Shown: in pieces, positions 37,944 through 42,119 of the stretch | Layout of the letters: the number at the start of each line of letters is the position of its first letter | Position numbering within the stretch: position 1 is the stretch's first letter | Assembly: GCA_010093705.1 (NCBI GenBank) | Contig: MU006121.1 | Span: 124,001 to 166,119, forward strand | DNA from: Patellaria atrata CBS 101060 | Taxonomy: Eukaryota | DNA length: 42,119 nt | Reading direction: 5' to 3' | The notes under the pieces: model-generated | What the model was told of the DNA's origin: nothing | The model's input: only the letters and a program-made list of their open reading frames with translations | Databases searched by the model: none | Position numbers and translations under genes: made by a program

Positions 37944-39449
37944 ATGGCGGTAACTCCGCCATTATCGCCTTCAATTGCTGTTACAAAGACATCACGCCTT
38001 GAAGGTTGGATCCAGCAGCTCCCGGAGTACACTCTTTCGTCCCTATCGACTCCCAATGCAGACCGCTCATCACTAAAACGGACACGTCCAACCTCCTCCC
38101 CACCCTACACCTCTACGATGTCGACCCGCACGGGTAGTCCTAAGCGCCCGAGATGCGATAGCGACATCGAAGTTCTACCTTCCCATAGCGTATCGGCAGC
38201 CGGAGCGGCCTCGAATACGAGCGCGTTGCTACTCAATGAAAGGAATACCTTCAGTCCACCTGATAGCCAAGCCGGCGCCAGAAGCCCTCGCCGAACGAAC
38301 AGCCCATCGCGCGATAATATCACCGTACTCGCTTCTGCGTCACCTTCGACGATAATGGAACCGAGCTCAGGGTTGAAAGCACCACCACCGCGGAGGGTAA
38401 GGGATGTCATGGAGCGGCTAGAGGACGGGCTAGACAGAGGTTGGATACCCGGCTTGTTACGGGACTTGATCGAGGAAGACCGAGACTTTGGATACCAGAG
38501 ATTTGAGCGTCATGCTTGGAGCGAGACGGCAGCAAGTAACTTCTCGCAGCCGGGTGCTGACCGGGAGGAGTGCGATAGCCTAGCATACATGCTGCGGAAG
38601 GTGAAGAAGATCTGGCTGAACGCGCGAATGTGTCAGTTAAGAGGTCGCGATGAGAACGCGTGGTGTATGGACGTTATCTAGCCACTGGTGAAGCTCGCGA
38701 TGAGGCTTGAAGGTGACGATAAATTCTGGCTTCAGAGTGTGTAAGTAACCCTTCCCTTCGTTGGTATAACGTAGTTCTGATCTTCGAGCAGACAATCCCA
38801 GGCCATCTCCTGCGAATTCCTCTCCTGCGTTCCCACCGCATCTGGTAAACCTCGTCTTCTCGATTGCAAAGCGGACTTCACACTTTCCTTCTCACATATG
38901 GCATCCCCAGGTTTCAAAGACCTTTACAGCCGCCTAAGAACCGCGGGTAATCCCGTCGTAAGCCATATGGCGGACGCATTTACGAAGACGACCGCGCTCT
39001 TCTCCTGCGTGGAGGTAAAACCCGCCAGTGGCGATTATACTGAAGCAGCATATCAACTTAGCATATGGATAGCAGCAAGCATACGGAAGAAGATGCAGCT
39101 CGCGCGGCAGGTGGGACAGGCAGATAAGAGTAGACTGGTGGAGCCCTGCTTTGCCATCGTCGGACACGAGACTCATGTTTACTTTGCCTACATGGCATCA
39201 GAAGAGAGGGAAACGGTGCATATCCTTGGACCGGAGGTTGGTCCCTTGGGTTTCTGCGAGACAAGGAGTTTGAGTGGTATCTTTCGAACGCTGAGGCTTT
39301 GGCGGAATGTGATTAGGTATGGGAGGGATGAGGGTAGTGAGGGTTTCTGGGGTGGTTTCATAGGTCCCGTCTTGCAGAAACTCACTGGAGACAATGATGA
39401 AGCAGATGGAGCAACTCTTATTTCTACACCCCCCCTAGCCATTGGATGA
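37944..39449 (+). pseudogene. Fungal PD-(D/E)XK nuclease-like gene with a single premature stop; exons 37944-38740, 38792-39449
   Basis: Disordered Ser/Pro-rich N-terminus, then GRDENAWCMDVI*PL (TAG 38679-38681). After a GTAAGT..CTGAT..CAG intron it reads KADFTL, VEVKPASG, AAYQLSIWIAA and IVGH, matching the D..ExK..Q pattern. Confidence 0.8.
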
Positions 39450-40739
39450 GAGTATACACGTCCAAACTTCTTCGCAAAGTTGAGGACCTTAGGCTCGCGT
39501 AAGCTTGACATTTGCCTCCAGCTCGCCGATACGACGAAAGTATGTATCATGGTGACGGTTTACAGTAGAGGGTGACGCGCTAGTCTTAAAATACACGTAA
39601 AGTAGGTTCTTCTTGTTGATATTAAAGACTTCCCCTCGGCGCATATCGCATGCTGATATATCAATGGCGCAGTCTTAGACATCACCATTGAGCGATAATA
39701 ACCTTCACCCGCGTCTCCCTTGAGATATCAAAGGGTAAGAATTACTCATATAAATACCCTCTCTAAGCATGAAAACACCTACAAACCCAAAACTCGAAAC
39801 ACCACCTTATCGCGCATTTATGCTCTCATTAAAAGCGACTCAAACCTTCGGGTCTTTCTCCTACGTGTAGAGTACCAACCACCTTCATACGGAAATTAAA
39901 GCTCAATGGATTAGAAAAACTTTTATCATGGAAATAGCACTCCGGGCGCCTCCGCCGTCCAACTAGGTCTTTTGCAGTGCTGGTGGAGTCACCTTATCCT
40001 ATAGACCCATAATCGATCGCAGGAAGATCCAACGTAAAGCTACGGCTCCGATGGGGAGGCATAGCTTATTAAAGAGAGGGAGTAGCACATTTCAGTGAAG
40101 AACCGGGATATCCAGTCAGCATTACCAGCACAATAGAGAGAAGCTGCCCATTGTATGTTACGGCCCTCGCAAAGGTTTCGAAATCCAAGAGTCGCGAGAC
40201 GATTTATTGCACCATCAACATGTATAGAGCTTGGCTCGGCCCCCATTCTTTGGCAAAACAGGAGAATTACGAGTACGATAGACACGACTGGTTGCGGCTC
40301 ACAAGGCCGTTCTCAAAACACTGGAGGAGGTCAACGTGCGAAAATGGTCACCTATCCAAACACACACATTTTCCATCTTCCGCACAGTCTTACTACCTCT
40401 ATACATACTACTCTTCCTTCCTAGCTTCGGTTGTCCCTTTGACATGATGTGTTCTTTGGGTGCAATGGTTGACCGGCCCCTGGGTCGTTTCCACGACTGC
40501 AGTCTCTGTGTTCATCCTCCACCTTGTTTAAGCTTGATGTAAGATGAAAGAGCTTCAAAAGAAAGGCTTTGTAGGTTTATAGAGAATTCGTACCGAAGAA
40601 CCGCGTATAACTGACCGGTATATTAGCTCTCAGACCTGACTAAGCACTTAGTCGGGTATATATACTTGCTCCCCTCCAGTTTTTCCTATAGAGGCACGAT
40701 TAACTTTACACTTCACTTCACGCACTTATACTTTCCAAT

Positions 40740-41900
40740 AGTTATAAGTTCGGTATAATTCGTTTTTATTAATTACTAACTAAGGCTATTAATCTATCTC
40801 TAATTATTTAATTATCTATTAATTATTTTTATTATATTACTTTCTTTTTTTATTTTTTTAATTCTATTATATTATATTTCCTATAATATTATATATATAG
40901 CCTTTAAATTATAATATAACTCTTTATATATATAAATTTCTTTTATAATTTAACTATAATACTTAAATTAATAAATATATAATTAATTTAAATATAAACT
41001 ATATATATTAAAAAAGTAAAAATATTATTAATTTAAAAAATTTATTATAAATTAATAAAAGATAAATTTTTAAATAAATATAAATATAATTTAATAAAAA
41101 GATAAAATTAATTTTATATAATTAATTAATTAAATTAGATTTTTTATATTACTTTTAATTTCTTTAATATAGTTTATAATATAAATTATTAATTAAAAAT
41201 ATTAATAGAATTATTTTCTATCTATACTTTTTACTAATACTATTTTTTTAATTAATTAAAAGAAGAAGAAGAAGAAAAAATAAAGAAAATTTAAATAAAA
41301 GAAATAAAATATCTTTTTTTTTATTTTTTATTATAATAAAAGTTTATATTTATTAAGATAAAGTTAAATAAATTTAAAAATATATTTAACTTCTTATTTA
41401 ATATAATTAATTATAAAGATAAATTTAGTAAAATAATAAAATATATATAATAAAAGTATTTTAAATTATTAATATAATTTATTAACTTTTTAACTTTAAA
41501 TAATATTTATAATAAGATAAAATATATATTATAATAAAAGTCTATACTTATTAAAATAAGACTAAATAAGTTTAGAAATATATCTAGCTTTTTATTTAAT
41601 ATAGTTAATTATAAAGATAGATTTAATAAAATAATAAGATTTATATAATAAAAGAACTTTAAATTAATAATATAATTTATTAACTTCTTAACTTTAAGTA
41701 ACGCTTATAATAAAATAAGATATATTATATAAAGATAATATAATAAATAAAGTTAAGTTAATATAATAATATTATAAATTATTATTTTCTACTTTCCTTT
41801 ATTAGTAGTAGTCGCGTTAAAATTCTATTATTATATACTTAATATTAATAAATCGCGTGATTATAACTTCTTTTTTCTTTAACTTAATCTCTTTGTGACG
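40740..41900. other. Extremely AT-rich block, RIP-degenerated repeat DNA
   Basis: Abrupt switch to almost pure A/T, rich in TpA and poor in CpA/TpG, with no ORFs. Confidence 0.85.
41331..41730. repeat. Tandem duplication, period 198 nt, two copies
   Basis: ATAATAAAAG.. at 41333 recurs at 41531, and TTATTTAATATA(A/G)TTAATTATAAAGATA at ~41394 recurs at ~41592. Differences are mostly transitions. Confidence 0.75.
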
Positions 41901-42034
41901 ATGTCACAGATTATCATTTCCTACTTTCCCTTATTAGTAGTAGTCGCGCCGAGGTTCTACCGCTACGTGCTTGATACTAGTAGATCGCGCGACTATAACT
42001 TCTTCTTTCCTTAACTTAATCTCTTTACACTGTA
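41771..42034. repeat. Tandem duplication, period 132 nt, two copies with unequal RIP-like damage
   Basis: CTACTTTCC.TTATTAGTAGTAGTCGCG and TTAACTTAATCTCTTT occur twice, 132 nt apart. Confidence 0.85.
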
Positions 42035-42119
42035 GTTAGGTTATACTAGTTGCAATCCAATTCGATTCTCTACAACCGCTACGCCGTCACATTAGATTAA
42101 GTTCCACCACCACGGCCTT

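Noticed and set aside
39770..40550. Possible decayed gene, and a TGTTACGGCC match to the repeat terminus at ~40156
   Set aside because: All frames are interrupted with no recognisable family, and the 10-bp match does not extend.
41331..41730. 198-nt period as two ankyrin repeats (2 x 33 aa)
   Set aside because: No convincing 99-nt sub-period or ankyrin motif can be read through the damage.

Overview
Genomic DNA of a filamentous ascomycete (Pezizomycotina): short GT-AG introns with CTRAY branch sites, fungal gene families, and a RIP-like AT-rich end. The left half (1-23.3 kb) is mostly intact genes. It holds a DUF2264/GH154-like gene divergent from a GAT-1/GatA-like uronate MFS transporter, a divergent CTP1-like mitochondrial carrier, an alpha/beta hydrolase, Atg28, a secreted alpha-carbonic anhydrase with a His/Pro-rich tail, a mitochondrial membrane protein head-to-head with a glutaminyl cyclase, a pseudogene and an M14A carboxypeptidase. 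The right half (26-42 kb) is an accessory region where intact genes linked to plant cell wall breakdown (BBE-like FAD oxidase, CBM1-only protein, GH11 xylanase, CE1 feruloyl esterase) sit among decayed genes (APH-like kinase, hypothetical, PD-(D/E)XK nuclease-like). The CE1 gene and a 19-nt minisatellite lie between two ~310-330 bp degenerate inverted repeats whose outer ends carry the same AGATGG(T) direct repeat. The window ends in an AT-rich block with 198-nt and 132-nt tandem duplications. Family calls come from motif recognition by eye, not database searches, and exon coordinates were read manually.
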